From positions 891,766-955,765 of the forward strand of contig NMRA01000034.1 in the NCBI GenBank assembly GCA_002633005.1: 64,000 nucleotides of DNA. The letters run 5' to 3'. Both the position numbers and the translations under genes were made by a program. The DNA is from Phoronis australis. Taxonomy: Eukaryota; Animalia; Phoronida. Below are positions 39,042-53,254 of the stretch, piece after piece. The notes under the pieces are model-generated. The model was given only the letters and a program-made list of their open reading frames with translations, did not search any database and was not told the origin of the DNA. Numbering within the stretch: position 1 is the stretch's first letter; every line of letters starts with the position of its first letter.

Positions 39042-41949
39042 GCGCAAATGCTTACAGACAAAATTTTTGGGCCCCCCTTGTGATATCCTAGATCCGCCAC
39101 TGTTCGTATATTATGAATTGTCAACAGGAACGTGAACTCGCAGCATTCACGGTTCGGACTTCCAACCCAAATTGAAGCAATGATTTTCAAGGATGGCGAG
39201 GCAGCCAGCATGGGTCTTCAAATCAATGCGCACGTGCCCTGGATATTTGTGTCAAACCCGTATTCAGTAGTAGTACACCAGAAAATAACATCAAGCAGAG
39301 CGTAACTGACATGCCCACACCGTGTGCACAGCAAATGGTAAAGACATAAACTTAAAGGATGCTTATTTCAAAACATTTCCACGCACTAGTAGAGTGAGCA
39401 ACAGCAATAAACCTATATCACGTCGACGGGGTGTGGCGGCGCTCAATATTATTGTGGCACAGTTGACTTAACACCTCCTCCCCCTGCTGGCTTGACTTTT
39501 CATTTTAAGTTTTGTAACGCATGTAACGGCTACCAATGAAATCTGCTTGGTTTTCGAGTCTGTTCTGATTGAAAGAATGTAAGTTGTCGACAGCTTTCGC
39601 TGTATAAAACAGTTTATTGATCTGCGAGCATTCCACGGTAGCACACGTTTCATACTAAGCTCAAAAACTTGAGATCCCAGATATTGATAGTATTATTTTA
39701 ATGACTACACAATCCGAACAGAAAAAGACACTTGCACATTTCACTGTTCTACACGACCAGTTTTGATTCGTTGCGATAACAATGTTTGTGTAGTGAGCTC
39801 AGCTTACGTGGCATACCTTACGACGAGGCGAAAAATGCGACGGGTTTTAACTCGTGTAGATAATGTCGCGTTGCAATGCAGAGTAGGATATTTCCCGACA
39901 CCAGTTCAGTTGGAGGCACAGCGTAAACTGTGCCCTGGCCATTTTGAAAATCCCCGCTCTCAGTTTGTGTTTCACTTGCAACACTTCTTGATTAGCGACT
40001 AGAGTAATGCAAAAGGATAGGAGAAAAATGTTCATGATTCAGAAAGATTCGGACTTCTGTTCAAATTAGTCTAGCCTGTCGTCTGCTTTTCGGTATCGCA
40101 AGTTCGTTAAACTAAGGCTTTCGAAGTGTAAAGCAGACATTGTTGATGTTTGTTTAACTAAAAAATACGTTCATTAACCAAACAAAAAAGATGACGGCCT
40201 TTCGTTGGGGCACCCGGCACCCACGTCACTATTTGTTGGTCCATGAAAAGTACATTCACGCCAAGGGAACAGTAATTAACATGGAATAATGTTTTTTCAA
40301 GATAACCAGGCATCTGCAGTTTTAATTAACATTAAATCTAAAACCGGTTACCTTCTCTTTAAATTGCAAAGGCCAGCTTCCCACGGTTAGAAGACAAGTC
40401 GTAAATGCAACGACGATTTCCATAAAACACAGGCTCAGAATATGACGAAACAACTTAATCGCAAGGAATTTGAAGCATTCAAATGTAAAGTAAATTTTAA
40501 GCGGTCCATTACACCCGTAACGACTGTTACAGCATCCGAACGAACCTCTCGAGTATTTTCGTACCTTCACAGTAAAGGCTACGAAAATACCCGAAGTGTC
40601 CCGGATGGACCTGAGAGGCATAATTTATCCGAAAGCGACTGACAACTGACGATCAAACAGCAGCATTCAAATCATTTTACGCAATCAAACCCTTGTTACA
40701 GTACTGCGGTAATGTCACAATTTTTCACGAGCCTATCTAATCTATGCCGCCATCTCACTTTTCAAATGTGTATTAGCAGCGCACACGAAGTTTGTTTTTA
40801 CTGCCCTTGTACCGCAAACGAGCTAAACACCTAATGTTGTTTCTCTTTGCAATAACAGTTGATACGATGTAAAAATAAAAATGATTTAAATCCTTTAATG
40901 TCATGAGAAACTCATTGATATTATGGTACGTACTGAACGCAATGCTTGTCGTTATGCAATGAGTCCGTTTTGACAATGTAAACAACTTAGGACCATGGTC
41001 AAACAACAGAGGTGGACTGGACAAACATTCGAATATCACGGTAATCCGCCATTTGGTTGAAGTCGAACAGTACACATACGGCGGATAGCCGATGACAAGT
41101 AAAATCGTTTGAGAGGTGATTAGGCTTACATAACGGTTTGAGCATCATCGAGACACAATAAAACTGTTATTTTGTGACAAAGACGACATTTTAATTAGAA
41201 TTATGCACGGACATAAAACTATCTTACGTCACAAAACAACTTGTGATTTAGACCACTTACCGCCATGAAATCGGTTTCAAACTGTTCCATAGTCAAATTA
41301 GAGTCGATTTCAAGGCTTCAAAAGAACCGATATTTCGTTATGAAAGGAGACCAGGGTCTACAAAATGGCTTGTCACGGCGTATAAGTTTATGGGCTGAGC
41401 ATTGGCTCAAAGAAGAATGAACTGTCAGTTTTTAGAGAGCCCAGAAAATTTCTCATCCGAAAAGGGAACAAGTTGCGACCAAGGTCAATGCGGCAAGTGG
41501 TCAAATAAAGTGTTCACTAAGACAGAACGCGGGGTTATAGTGGCTTGACGTCTCGCAAAAAGGGCGGATTCAAAAACAAGCGCGACCGATAGTAAATTAC
41601 ACGTGCGACTCATAACATTTTGTTTGCAACTTGACAAACTAAGGCTTTGAAAAGTGTTTGCAAGAAAGCTGAGCTCACCCAGACTGAAAAAACTGCGAAA
41701 AAACAAAATACTTTGTCTGCCAACCTTCAAGTACTAAGCGTTAGGAGTGAGGCTAGGAACATAAATGGAGGGCGGCTTGGGGGGGGGGCGTTAAGTTGCG
41801 CTGATAATCTTTGTCCAGGCACCGCAAGTTGCGACGAACTCCAGTTGAAGTCACCGAGTGTACAGAGCTCTAGAGAATCAAGCGTTGCAGATCGCGTAAG
41901 CCATAAACACTAACTCCAGGCACCAAACCACACGACATATTACACGAAA

Positions 41950-44900
41950 TCCTCAGTGCAAGACCACCATTACATTACCCTCCTTTGCATTTGTGAATCA
42001 ATAACTGGCTTCAGCACTGTGTTTGCCATTGCATCAATTGCTGGCGTCGAACAAATCGATACATGTCCACTACTGTGAACGTTGACATAGGTACCCTTAT
42101 CTTGCAATTCACAACTTGATCATACCAGTGAGCTGCAACACAGTTTTAGCTCATTGGTTGCATGGATCAATACACTACACAGGGTTCTCGTCCTGGTCAA
42201 AAAACCCAAGCATAGCTGAAACTGCGTGTACTTTTTTGTTCTTTTGTGCTTATTCACAGAAAACAATTGCAACACGTTGTTTTCATTTGCCTGTCACTGT
42301 TTTTATGAGAAAAATAACAATGTGTACCGTAATTCAACATTCTTAGGATTATTTCTCATTTTATGAAGTGTTGATCATGTAAATCTTGGAACTTTTAAAC
42401 ATGACTTATTCTTCCATCTGTAAATAGGGCGAACATTGCTTTACCCGAAGACGATTAGACCCGGCCAAGGTAGAAATGCGCTCGAAGCACTGAATCGCAA
42501 TGCGTGTAAGAACGTCAATTTTGCAAACAAAGGCCCATTCCAGCACCACTGCTTTGTGAAATAGGACGGGTTGACAATTTATTGACCTGTTATCAATGTC
42601 ACTAATATTCAGCCGAGACCTCTGAGGTGAGAAAACAATGTCCAAAGCCTTAATCTTAGCACATTAGCCAGGCGTTATTTGAGCACTTTCGTCCACACGC
42701 CGGGATGAGTAGAACGGGATTATTACATTGTTACAGCCAGCCGTTCCAATAACAATGTGCTGGTTGTCCTCGTTGATTTAGCGCCTCTGAAGACGTGTTG
42801 CGAATAGACCTACTGCGAGATAACAAGCAATATGTGGATTTTTGTCCCCACGACTTTATTGTGCTAATCTGTCACTGCACAGCGGATATCCGTCTGAGAG
42901 TTGGAAAAACCCTAGCTGGCTTTTACAAGCAGGGCCACGTTTCACGAAATGGCTACACAAGTCAGAAACATGGTCTTACGCTTATACAACTGTATCCGAA
43001 GAAGTAATTTAATTTCACTTCATCGACGTACAATGCCTCCATGAATATGTCCATAATTACTAATAATTACTAATTACTCGACAACGATTGCATAAGAAGA
43101 AATATATCCAGTGATAGGAAAGTGGAAGCGAAAGATGCAAGAGGTCTGATCTGTCCTCTTAAGAATTCTGTACTAAACAGCTGCCATGTAATAGGCAGAC
43201 GACACTGTCGGCCTGGTCGCCCATTTCTCCTGGTTTCTGCGACCACGATTTATTGCATCCAGGTACGAAGTATATATTCTTCTCAAGCCAGCAGAAAAGC
43301 AATAAAAACATCGCTGTAAACCACGTTTTGGTGTCAAAACATCAACTCCCTTCATAAGGTGTATTTGCTCTTTCAGAGCAATATCATTGCGTTCTTTTTC
43401 TTTGTTTGGGTTAAAGCGCCTGGAATCCACCTGGCGGATATTCTGATGACCGAAACTAACCCGCCGTGACAAGCCAGGGGTTAAGTTCTTCTGTAGCCAC
43501 TAGAAAGTTTTTAATCTCAGTTAGGGACGAATGTGACAAATACCTTGTATAGAGGGAAGTGTGCGGAGGTTACAGTCGTTAGTGAGTGCACCACTGAAAA
43601 GACACAATGGTTGCACTTGACTGACTACCGGTTCTGCCCACCCAGATACATTATTGGTCTGCAAGCCAGAAGTCGTCATGGACAACCGATCAGATGTTGT
43701 AGCGAAATACATCTAGTTGTCCCGGGAAAACCGAAGTCACTCGAGTGCATCCATTGGTAAGTACGTTAGAGGAAATGCAGCCTCGGCCTACTTGGACAAG
43801 AGAGCTTCCCCAAGATTGTACAAAGCATTGTTTTTCACAAACAGTCTTCTGCCTTCAAGTCAACTTCTACAATTTTAAACCGGCTTAACATCTTCAAAAA
43901 ATAAAAATAAAAACACGGGACTTCCATTAAGTACAAGTAGGTCAGAGGTTAATTACAAAGGTTGACATTTGAGTTCAAATTGGCTATGCAGAAGACCTCA
44001 ACGACTGCCAACCTACGCTTATGACGGTTGCAACAACAGAAGTATTTTTTCACGATTGTTTGGATGTGTTAGAACAACTGTCGGATAAACCGCACCAGTA
44101 AAAGTGAAGCATGCGTTACATTCTGAAAAGGTCAATTTAGGCGGTATTTTGATAGTCCATAGGCTTTGAATGGATGAACAGTGCACTTCTTCGTCGATCC
44201 ATTGTTGCCTAAAGGCATGCACCCTGGGTTAAAACTTCACGTATAAAACAGCGATCAAAGATTACATTGAGGATAAATGTCGTCGTTGAATTCATAAAAA
44301 CACTGGTAGTGTGTTACACCACGGGTAGTAGTGGACAAGAGAAAGCAAAGGGTTTGGGAATGAATTGGTCTTGCCGTTACCGAGTTTTAACATGCAGACG
44401 CTCGTGTAAGCCACCTTCCAACTATAAGGGAGGATATGACAGTTGAGGGACTATTGAGTCTGTACACTAAAAATCTGATCCGTGAAGATAGACTACCAAG
44501 CCATTCTTCCCACCCGCAATAACTTTCCTTCCGGTTGACGTGCTCATATAGGTCGTGCTTCATGACCAAGGACCCGGATGTTAGTAACTTCAACATGTAT
44601 CTCGTTCTCATTACTTTGTAAGAAAAACGCAATGAGCACATAGTTGCGTAAACCATGTATTCTTCGTCAGTGCTCCATATTACATCCAGTTTTAAAAAGC
44701 GTTTAGATGCCGCAAACGAATGAGCGATTTCACGTGCCTGCTCTATGTTGACTTTTTATTACAAATCCTTCAAATTTACGTGCGCAGTCCTACATATTTT
44801 GCCTTTTCGATCTTCACACCGCATCGTTGATTGCCTGCGGGTTTGTTCGACATGTAGAAATAAGCATGGGAACAGGCTACTGACTGGGGATTCAGACATC

Positions 44901-44990
44901 GGTTTTTCAAAGATGCGGGCTGAAGTTATGCTTGGCATGTTGTTCCGTTTACATCGTTGGACTTTTGACGGACCTAGAATCATCGGGCTC
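41950..44990 (-). pseudogene. Possible heavily decayed LRR-Roc-COR (ROCO) gene inside intron 1 of the Ig gene
   Basis: Across frameshifts, fragments in the expected order: RI-type LRR-like (INDAGVKI; EQAREIAHSFAASKRFLKLDV), P-loop-region-like RVTSVFPGQ, G3-like FSTEFLRGQ, G4-like RP..LV.SH, and COR-like CLLSRS...NPVL...LFSHLRGLG*IL...IVNPSY...GPLFA. Recognised by eye only. Confidence 0.3.
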
Positions 44991-46964
44991 TCGCTCAAAC
45001 GTTAATAAAAACAATACACGGTTATAGGTTAAATCGTGCAAGTTTCAAGGTGTGCTGATGTCGTTGTCTAAACATTCATTGCACATATATGACATATTAT
45101 TTACTGATATGAGCCGTCTTTAATCTGACACGTGAACAAAGCCACTGACTTCAATTTTGACAAAATGTCAGAGATCAGTGCTCGGTTGCATGAAACAGTC
45201 CCAAATAGGGACTCAACTAAGTTCCCCAAATCTACTGTGTGTTTGTGGAAACACCGATTGTCCTTTCTTATGCTGTTTTAGTTTCATTACTAAGCCAATT
45301 TTCGGTTTTGATACAGATCGAGAGTGAACTTGACATTGAATTGTCAATAGTATCAAAAATAAATAGGGATCTTTTCATGCAACGCCCTTAACTTAAGGAC
45401 TAGGACCATATTTATTTTCATTGAACTCGGGGATCAGATTTATATTAGAAAATTTCATTAATCAGAGAGGAGCTCGTAATAAACATGAGATGATAAAAAA
45501 GATTACATCTGTGAGTAAACAAAGACACATATAGGCAAAAAAAATTAGGGAACTAGTTGAGCCCATTTTCGGGACTGTTTCATGCAACCAGGCACAGAAA
45601 CCCACGCAATGTAAAATAGCTAACTTGCGAGTGGGAGCTAGTATGATCACGTTCTTCTCTTATAAAGCATGGCGATATCTCGCGGAGACTTGCGTGATGC
45701 AGCCTAACTCCCAAGAATGTAGCATCACAGAACGCAAACCAACCCAAGTGTGCTGAACTGCCCACTGTCAATGCAATGTCAATTATAACCTTTAACCGGC
45801 GCCGTCACCTTATCGTAGCGCGCGTCCCATTTGACCCCATGATGATGTGAGGTGTAAATATTCACGATTGTGAAACACTAAAACTGACAAGTATCGTAAG
45901 CCAGAACAACGTTTGGTTTTCATTCTAACTAACCCAGGGAGCTGTATACCTCTCGTTTTCTTATTCAAACACCGTCCATTGATTACCCAGACCTTTACTG
46001 AATTTTGAACTCTTACTTAAGTTTCTGTTGAGAAGTCCAGCTGATCTCAGTGACCAGTACAGCCAAAATAAGCGAGAACCATTATAGCGATTTCACACCA
46101 CCATGCGCACACTATTCAAGCTGTCAAAACCGTGGGTCACGTAATTAGTTATTTTGAATTGTAGATATGTAATGTGTATTGTGTCTGCGGGTTTAGTAAG
46201 GTTATTGCGTCAATCACTCTTGTAAAAATAGCGGTCGTACAAAATCTCCCGAGGAGCACACACCATTGCGTTGGGCACAGGGAGATGTGGGAGATAGTTG
46301 CCGCTTTTTTACGCCTACTTTTACAAGCATGTAAATCACACACACGAAATTTTCTATTGACAAAATTTCTGAACACTCTTAACAAGATACGGACATTGCA
46401 TGGAACTTATTTTTATTTCGATGCCTCACAATGACATCTGCAGATAAATAACGAGTTTGCCAGAGAGTATCGAGCTATTAACTAAACCGCTAGTTTGGTC
46501 ATTGTGGTAATGCAAACAATTCACCAACACTTAAATGCCAATTTGCTCTTACTAACAGAGAAAGGTTTACCCTGAAAATCATCGGAGTGACATTTTGATC
46601 ATTCCATCTCAATGTATAGATTTAACAGCGTCTAGTTTTAATACATTCTTTCTCAGAAATATTTTTAGTTTTAAACTTCAAGAGACGATATAAAAATGCA
46701 ATACTTTGAACAGAACTAACAGCCACACATGTTTTTAGACACACGGAAGCATTCCAAAGTAACACGCTATATTTAAGGCAATAGTTTGATATAACGTGAT
46801 TGTATTTTGGGAATCAGTTTGATGGCCGTTATTTAGTGGAGAAATATGGTTCTCAAAATTCGGGCACGTTATATCAAACCATTACCACATTTAACTCTAG
46901 ATGAAGACATAAATTTCCAATGTGACTAAGATAAAATAATCAGTTTTTGGCCACAATAAGATTC

Positions 46965-47322
46965 AAAACCGGACGATAGCCGCACAAATAAAAAAGTTCA
47001 TGTTCAAGTCAACGTTTCGTCTTTTCATTAGACATCATCAGGATCATATTTACAACAATTTAGGACAACAAGTGCCAACATACAGCTCAGGTAACATCCA
47101 TAGAGTGAAGTGAGAGATACGTAGAATATAGTCAGTAGCTGGTCATCGCCATAGTTGCAAGGTCACTGAGCTCTGCATGTTATTCAGAGATGTTACCTGA
47201 GCTGTATGTTGGCACTTGTTGTCCTAAATTGTTGTAAATATGATCCTGATGATGCCTAATGAAAAGACGAAACGTTGAATTGAACATGAACTTTTTTATT
47301 TGTGCGGCGATCGTCCGGTTTT
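46965..47322. mobile_element. Penelope-like inverted terminal-repeat pair, each arm with a minimal hammerhead ribozyme core
   Basis: Near-perfect 134-bp inverted arms 46965-47098 and 47189-47322; CTGATGA-t-GYCT-aatgaaa-AGAC-GAAACGTT at 47246-47276 (+) and its mirror on minus. Confidence 0.65.
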
Positions 47323-48118
47323 AAGATAAATAACCACATATCATTTTAGTCACAGGGAAGAATTCCAAAATTACGCGCAATATCGTTAAGTTGCACGGCC
47401 AGGACTATAAAAATAACGAGCATGTAACCTATGAACTTAGGTGACCCGTGGCACAAACCGATAATATACATTTTAAGAAGCAGCCGGAAAACACTTGAGA
47501 ACTGCATTTTCATCATATCCTCCGACTAATGGTTGGGTCAATAACATAAAATTTGTTAGGGAGACGCAGTAAGCGGCCACTACGATCAATGCTTGGCGTT
47601 TACATAAATTCACATGGCACAAGAATCTAACAAAGGATCAAATTCAATAAAAGGTGCTTAAAATAATCAGTAAGGTTCATCTCATAATGCCGAGTGATAC
47701 GTAATTTCAAAGTTCTATCACGGATATGGTATGCAAAGAAATGAGTATTGAATTAGTCATGGTCACGGGCAGGTTGACCTACACAATTGAACCGATGACC
47801 ATTCCGTTGTGACCTGGATGTTATAAAGACATACATGGAAGTGGCAGCAAATGAATGATTAGACAATTCTAACGTTTGCAGAAACCTACAACGAAATTTC
47901 TGCAGAGGACACTGAAAATCCCTTGCATCACATTCATCATTGTGTTTCACTGACAACGGTTGGTGTCACAGTGTGAGAAAATGGCGACACCCGCCATTTT
48001 ATAACCGTCGTCGAAACTGTAACAATATTTGAATTTTCGACAAAAAGTACTCACCTTAAAATGACGGTGGTTCACTTACAATGCAATAAATTCGTACCAT
48101 CGAAATTGCAATACTTAC

Positions 48119-48155
48119 CGGCGGCAATTAAGGCGAAAAACACTGTGTATTTCAT
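48119..48155 (-). CDS. Ig-domain protein, exon 1 (signal peptide)
   Basis: MKYTVFFALIAA then gtaagt donor (phase 1); joined to exon 2 it gives the signal peptide MKYTVFFALIAAVSA. The ten exons sum to 1257 nt (418 aa plus stop). Confidence 0.7.
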
Positions 48156-48187
48156 AATTCCGTCTTGAACGAAGCCGGTACCCTTGC

Positions 48188-48224
48188 AGACTGAATCCAC
48201 ACACCTTGATTTGCGATGACGTCA
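48188..48224 (-). promoter_or_regulatory. Candidate core promoter of the Ig gene: Inr-like TTCAGTC plus CRE palindrome
   Basis: On the minus strand attcagtc lies at ~48189-48196 and TGACGTCA at 48217-48224, immediately upstream of the ATG at 48155. Confidence 0.4.
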
Positions 48225-51200
48225 ACAGGTCACAAGTGGCTGAAGTTATGAAGTTCAGCAGGTGCGACGAAAAGCATGTGGAGATAACTCACGAATTCCT
48301 AAGAACGATGCGAGTGGGAATGTGACACGGGTATAGTTCTTTTTCTAAGCCTCTATCATGTACGTGTATTCATGTAAGTATGAATATGCCAATATTTTTG
48401 TAATTTGAGTAAAGGAAACCGATAACTTGTGCAAGTTTAAATTAAAATGGCCTGTGTATATTTCAGCACTGTTACTGGCTTGTGTCTGAGTGTTTTACAA
48501 CCCATTGCTACCCTGTTTCATTTTATTTTTGTCTGATGGAACAGTCTCGAAATATAGCCGACATTTGAATCCTTAGCTTTCGTAGGCCTCTTAACCGTCT
48601 GCTTTGTTGTTGCTCTGGGAACGACCGTCAAAGATACAGAGACCACGAGCATAAACATCATTGGAAATTATTAATACTGGACATTGTTGTTTGTTCAACC
48701 AGCTGTGTCTAGTTAGTGACGCAAAAGCATTACAAACAGAAGCTTCCAGAATACTTCAATATTCTTTGCGGCTACACAGAACAAACCGTGTCCTTTTCCT
48801 GTAAGATTGAAACTGTTGGATTATTAATCGCCAAATGTGGTACCTACAAGGTGACCAAAGTTTCCTCACGAAAAAAAAAAAATTCTGAAGAGTCATAACA
48901 AAGCTTTATAAACCAAAACTGCTATTAGTGGGTGAAATTTCTTATAAATTATAAGAAATGGTGTTGATTCGTTACCGTTTGTTCTAAACTTTGCTGAAGC
49001 CCACTTGCAAGCGGGGAGAAACGTCGATCACTTGACTACAATTTTGAGGCCGCTTTTGCTGATTTTTGCAATGACTTCTTTCGTCAGTGCCTCAGTCCTG
49101 TTCGGATTATTGATATGAAAATGATCAAATAACTCCACTTTTATTAACCAGTATGTGTTGTTCGTTCAATGTCACATGTCTATGGTTGATGACTTTCCCC
49201 ATAATTCCCTGTCCAAGCCGCTCAAGCTGTCACATCAGCTGTACGCGAAGTGGTCCCATCCTACTGGAGGCACGTCTAACCCGTCTAACAACCCATTTCT
49301 TCACTATAGGTCTGAAAAACCTGCAAGCTTTACAGTTGTGCATTTCTTAATAGTGCAAAGGCCTTTGTAACGCATACCTAGGATGTTCTGTTCCCTAAGT
49401 GACATTCTTTGAGGTTGCTTGATCTCAAAAACAAATGTTACGCCGCATGTAAGTGTGCTTACAGTGGAAAGGTGGACGCTAAGAGCAAATTTTAAACAAC
49501 CAATAAAACCTTAACTAACGTCACTCATAGCAGGTTTGATTTTTTTGTTTGGTAGTGATTTCTTCAACAAATATTTTTTAAGAATCAAAAACGTGGATAA
49601 CAGTTTTGGGTCACCTCGACCAGATTTACGAATTTATTGCGTGAAGTACTTCTAATTACGTATTTGTCACGTATGAAAACTTTGATGGACCCAAGTACAT
49701 ACTTGTTACAGCGTATTGAAACCGAATTGATTTAGTTATGTCCTATACTCCCAGTGGGAACTCTTTTAACATGAAATCAACGTTTTTCAAAATAAACAGA
49801 ATTTAGTATGAAATTCAAAGTAAGTTAAATTTTGAATTTATGACAATACACTAGCACAATGCTAATCACAGTTTAAAGACCTAGTGGCATACGTTTTTAA
49901 CCCTTATTAGACTGTTAGAACGAAGCCACCAGTACCTACAGCTTAATCCTAACGAAATCCGTAAGCAAAAAAACCCATAAAAATCCTCATTTGTCACGAA
50001 CTGGAGGCCGAGTGATACTCCACAAATTTAGATTTGCCGGTAAGTCGTAAGTGAGATTCGTTACGGAACCATTGAATAACAAGGCCGATATGGCGACTGG
50101 GCTAATCGCGTTTTAATGGGAGTAACTAACTCTGATAAACAGCATCAACATAATAACGAACATTCAATATCAAAATATTAAAAAATACTGCGTCACGCTC
50201 CTAGCACTACAACATTTTCCCATCGCCAACTTTCAGCTAACAGACTACAGTTCACTATACTCCCCCGCTTGCGTTTTCACTGACTCGGAATCGCAGAATT
50301 TTATAGCAGAGGTATAAATTGTAATGTTTTGTCACGTTTTAAAAAGTATTTTGCCTAGTAACTGAAAATCAAAGCCAATTTAGCAAGTGATTATTTTCCC
50401 GGCGAAATGACACGGCAACTACCGGGGAATTACTTAGTTGGATGTCGTGTCTCGGCAACAAAAATCACGAAGCACAGGTGCGCGTTATTGCAAATCAGGT
50501 GAAGAGCGCACTTTTTTGAGATAAAGCAAGTTTTGGTTGTTGAAACATTGCCGTGTGTGGATTTTATTTTTTCTACTTTATATTTTTAACGGTCAGTGAA
50601 GCCGGTACCAATTTGCTGCCAAGTACGCGGAAATGCGCTCACACGTCCATGTAGTCACACGGCAATTGCTCAGGCTGGTACTTTGCATCAGTTTCAAGAT
50701 ATGGCGATAAAGAATAGACATTTTCCGAATTAGAAAGGTTTTTCCTCTTACTCATTACTGATTGGACGTACTCTCGCGATGAGTCAGGGCTGACCTCAGT
50801 AGCCGAGTGGTGCGGGCTGCGGGAGATGCAACGTCTTTGCAAACTTATGATTGCATTAAATACCAGTCATATGCAAACTAACAACAGATAAAATTTTGGA
50901 CAATAAATATCAAAAGTGTATAAAAAATGAGAATCAAGAACAACCAAACAAAATAAACAAAATAACAACACATTTACGCTTACAGTTTTATCAACAGGTT
51001 TTCAAGGACAACATGAACGTCATTCAGGAATTGTTCTAATTACTGATGCACAGGAACTCAGGTCACGGAAATAGACGGGAATAGTCGACGATCTGAGCTC
51101 CGCTGAGATACAAAAGTGTGCTCAAAAAGGCTTTTAGTTTGATAACAGAAAGGAGGTAAACATTACGCTATGTTACATATTACTGAATTTGGTATATATT

Positions 51201-53254
51201 TCAAGTTTTTGAACTAAATTACCCTTTGAGATAAGGACTTTAATGACACTGAACTTCACAATGAATGAGCTCAGAAAATATACAATAAAAACTCAATACA
51301 TACATGGCTGTATATCTTTCGATTGAGAATCCTTCCCTATTCTAAACTGGTGAATTTTGAAAGAGCCTGTTCTCAAAACAGAATTTTTGACACAATTATT
51401 TCTCAATTGTGGCTTTTCTTAAAATGATACAGGAAATTCAACTACCCGGCAGACACTTAAATTAAACAAAAATCATCTGGTTGGCACCTACAGACATTTT
51501 TTAAAATCTGGAAAATCAGAGGGAACTGTCTTTTGTTCATTATATACGCAAGCAAATAGTGGTGTATTATTGCTCGCATTTTTTGTAGCGGTAGTCCTAA
51601 GAGATGGAAAAATCACTTTGGAACCAATTTAACTGGATCTATCTACGAGGGTACATTTCTACCACCTAAAAGAACCTTTGACGGCTCAAGTAACTTAACC
51701 TAGTTCCGGCAGTAAAACATGTGCAATCTAACCGTTTCCGATAATATTCACTTCATTATTTGGAAACTTTCTGAGATGTCTAGATTTTTGTGTTGCTCAC
51801 TTTCGCATTGTAACGCATATAGAAAATACATAAAACAACATTTTTTTGTTATTTTGTTATTATTCTATAAGAATCAATTAACTAGGGTCTAATAACTTCT
51901 TAGCAACTTTTAATCACCTGATAATTAGAATTGCTAACTTATAAATTTCACCAGAGTATTTATGTGTTTTTGGAAAGCATGTCTTAACTCTAAAATAACG
52001 TGTTAGGCAAACGGTGAGCTTGTGAATAAGTCAGTACACATGTACCTAAAGGTGATGTGGTTCAACAGCCAGGGGAAGTTGAAAGTGACTGACCTCGCAG
52101 ATTTTCGCGGAAACAAAAACAAATGAAAAATACATTCACCCAAGAAAATCGAAGTATCTTATTGATGAAAAAGTTTCAGGCAGTTCTGTTCAACTTCGCG
52201 CATTTTATTTATGCTTCGAAGTGTTGCCGATTGTGCCAGTTTCCTCGCCTCTCTCAAAGATGGCGCTCTTGTATGGCCGTGATATGCCACGATCACGCGT
52301 AAGGCACCAGTGGTTGGTTGATTGAGACAGTCCACCGCATTTGTGGGCTAGTACAAACACTGATTTAACTTTCATAAACAAACTAAATCTGTCCTATATA
52401 TTTTCATTGAAATAAAGGCCCAGTTTCAGATAAATTGATAGGAAATCACGTAAGTAAAAGAGCAGCTCATAATAAACACAAAGTATTGGAAAAACACAAA
52501 TTTTTAGAAAACAGACACAGATGAGCAAAAGTTTTAGCCGGGAACACAGTTAAGTCCCTTTTGGACAATTTCATGCAACCAGGCTCAGGAACCCACTTGT
52601 GATACGTCGCAATTCTAGTTTGCGACATACTACAACCAGCGTCCATTATGTTGCGTGACAACCGCTACATACTGCGTTACAACACATTGTCGGTGTGTCA
52701 GCATTTTTGTCCGGTTTCCAAATTCGAAATACGCGTACCAGATCGGATTATTTCTAACCTTCGCGTAATATCGCTATTACTTTCAGGTCGCGGAAGGTGT
52801 TGTAAGACAAAGGTTGACGAATATTTACTTGAGTGTGGTTTATACAAACATCTATTATTTTACAAAAAATATGGCGCCTGTGATCCTAAGTGGTAAACCA
52901 GAATAGCGACGGACAAAGAAGAACAACTCAACATTACTCACGACATTGTTTTAATGCTGGCTTTGCGTGTCCTGAATTGTAGTAGCCGGCGTTCCTACGT
53001 TACCATTCTCGATAAAATGAAAGAAGATTACCTCACTGATAAGCAACATCCTTCCCGAATCTCGTCCTCACTAAAAATGCTTTATAGATACTTGATTTTT
53101 GGCTAGTCACACTGGGTCATTTTATGAGCAAAGCATATGGTCTAGATCTTGATGAATAACGAGGTGATCAGTTTTTTGAGAGCCCTTGAAATTACTTCGT
53201 AATATGAGTAAAGAACAAAAAGTTGACGGAACGCGAGTTTGTGACCACTTTAGC

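Noticed and set aside
38361-39211. ORFs of 228-261 aa
   Set aside because: Made almost entirely of N-gap codons.
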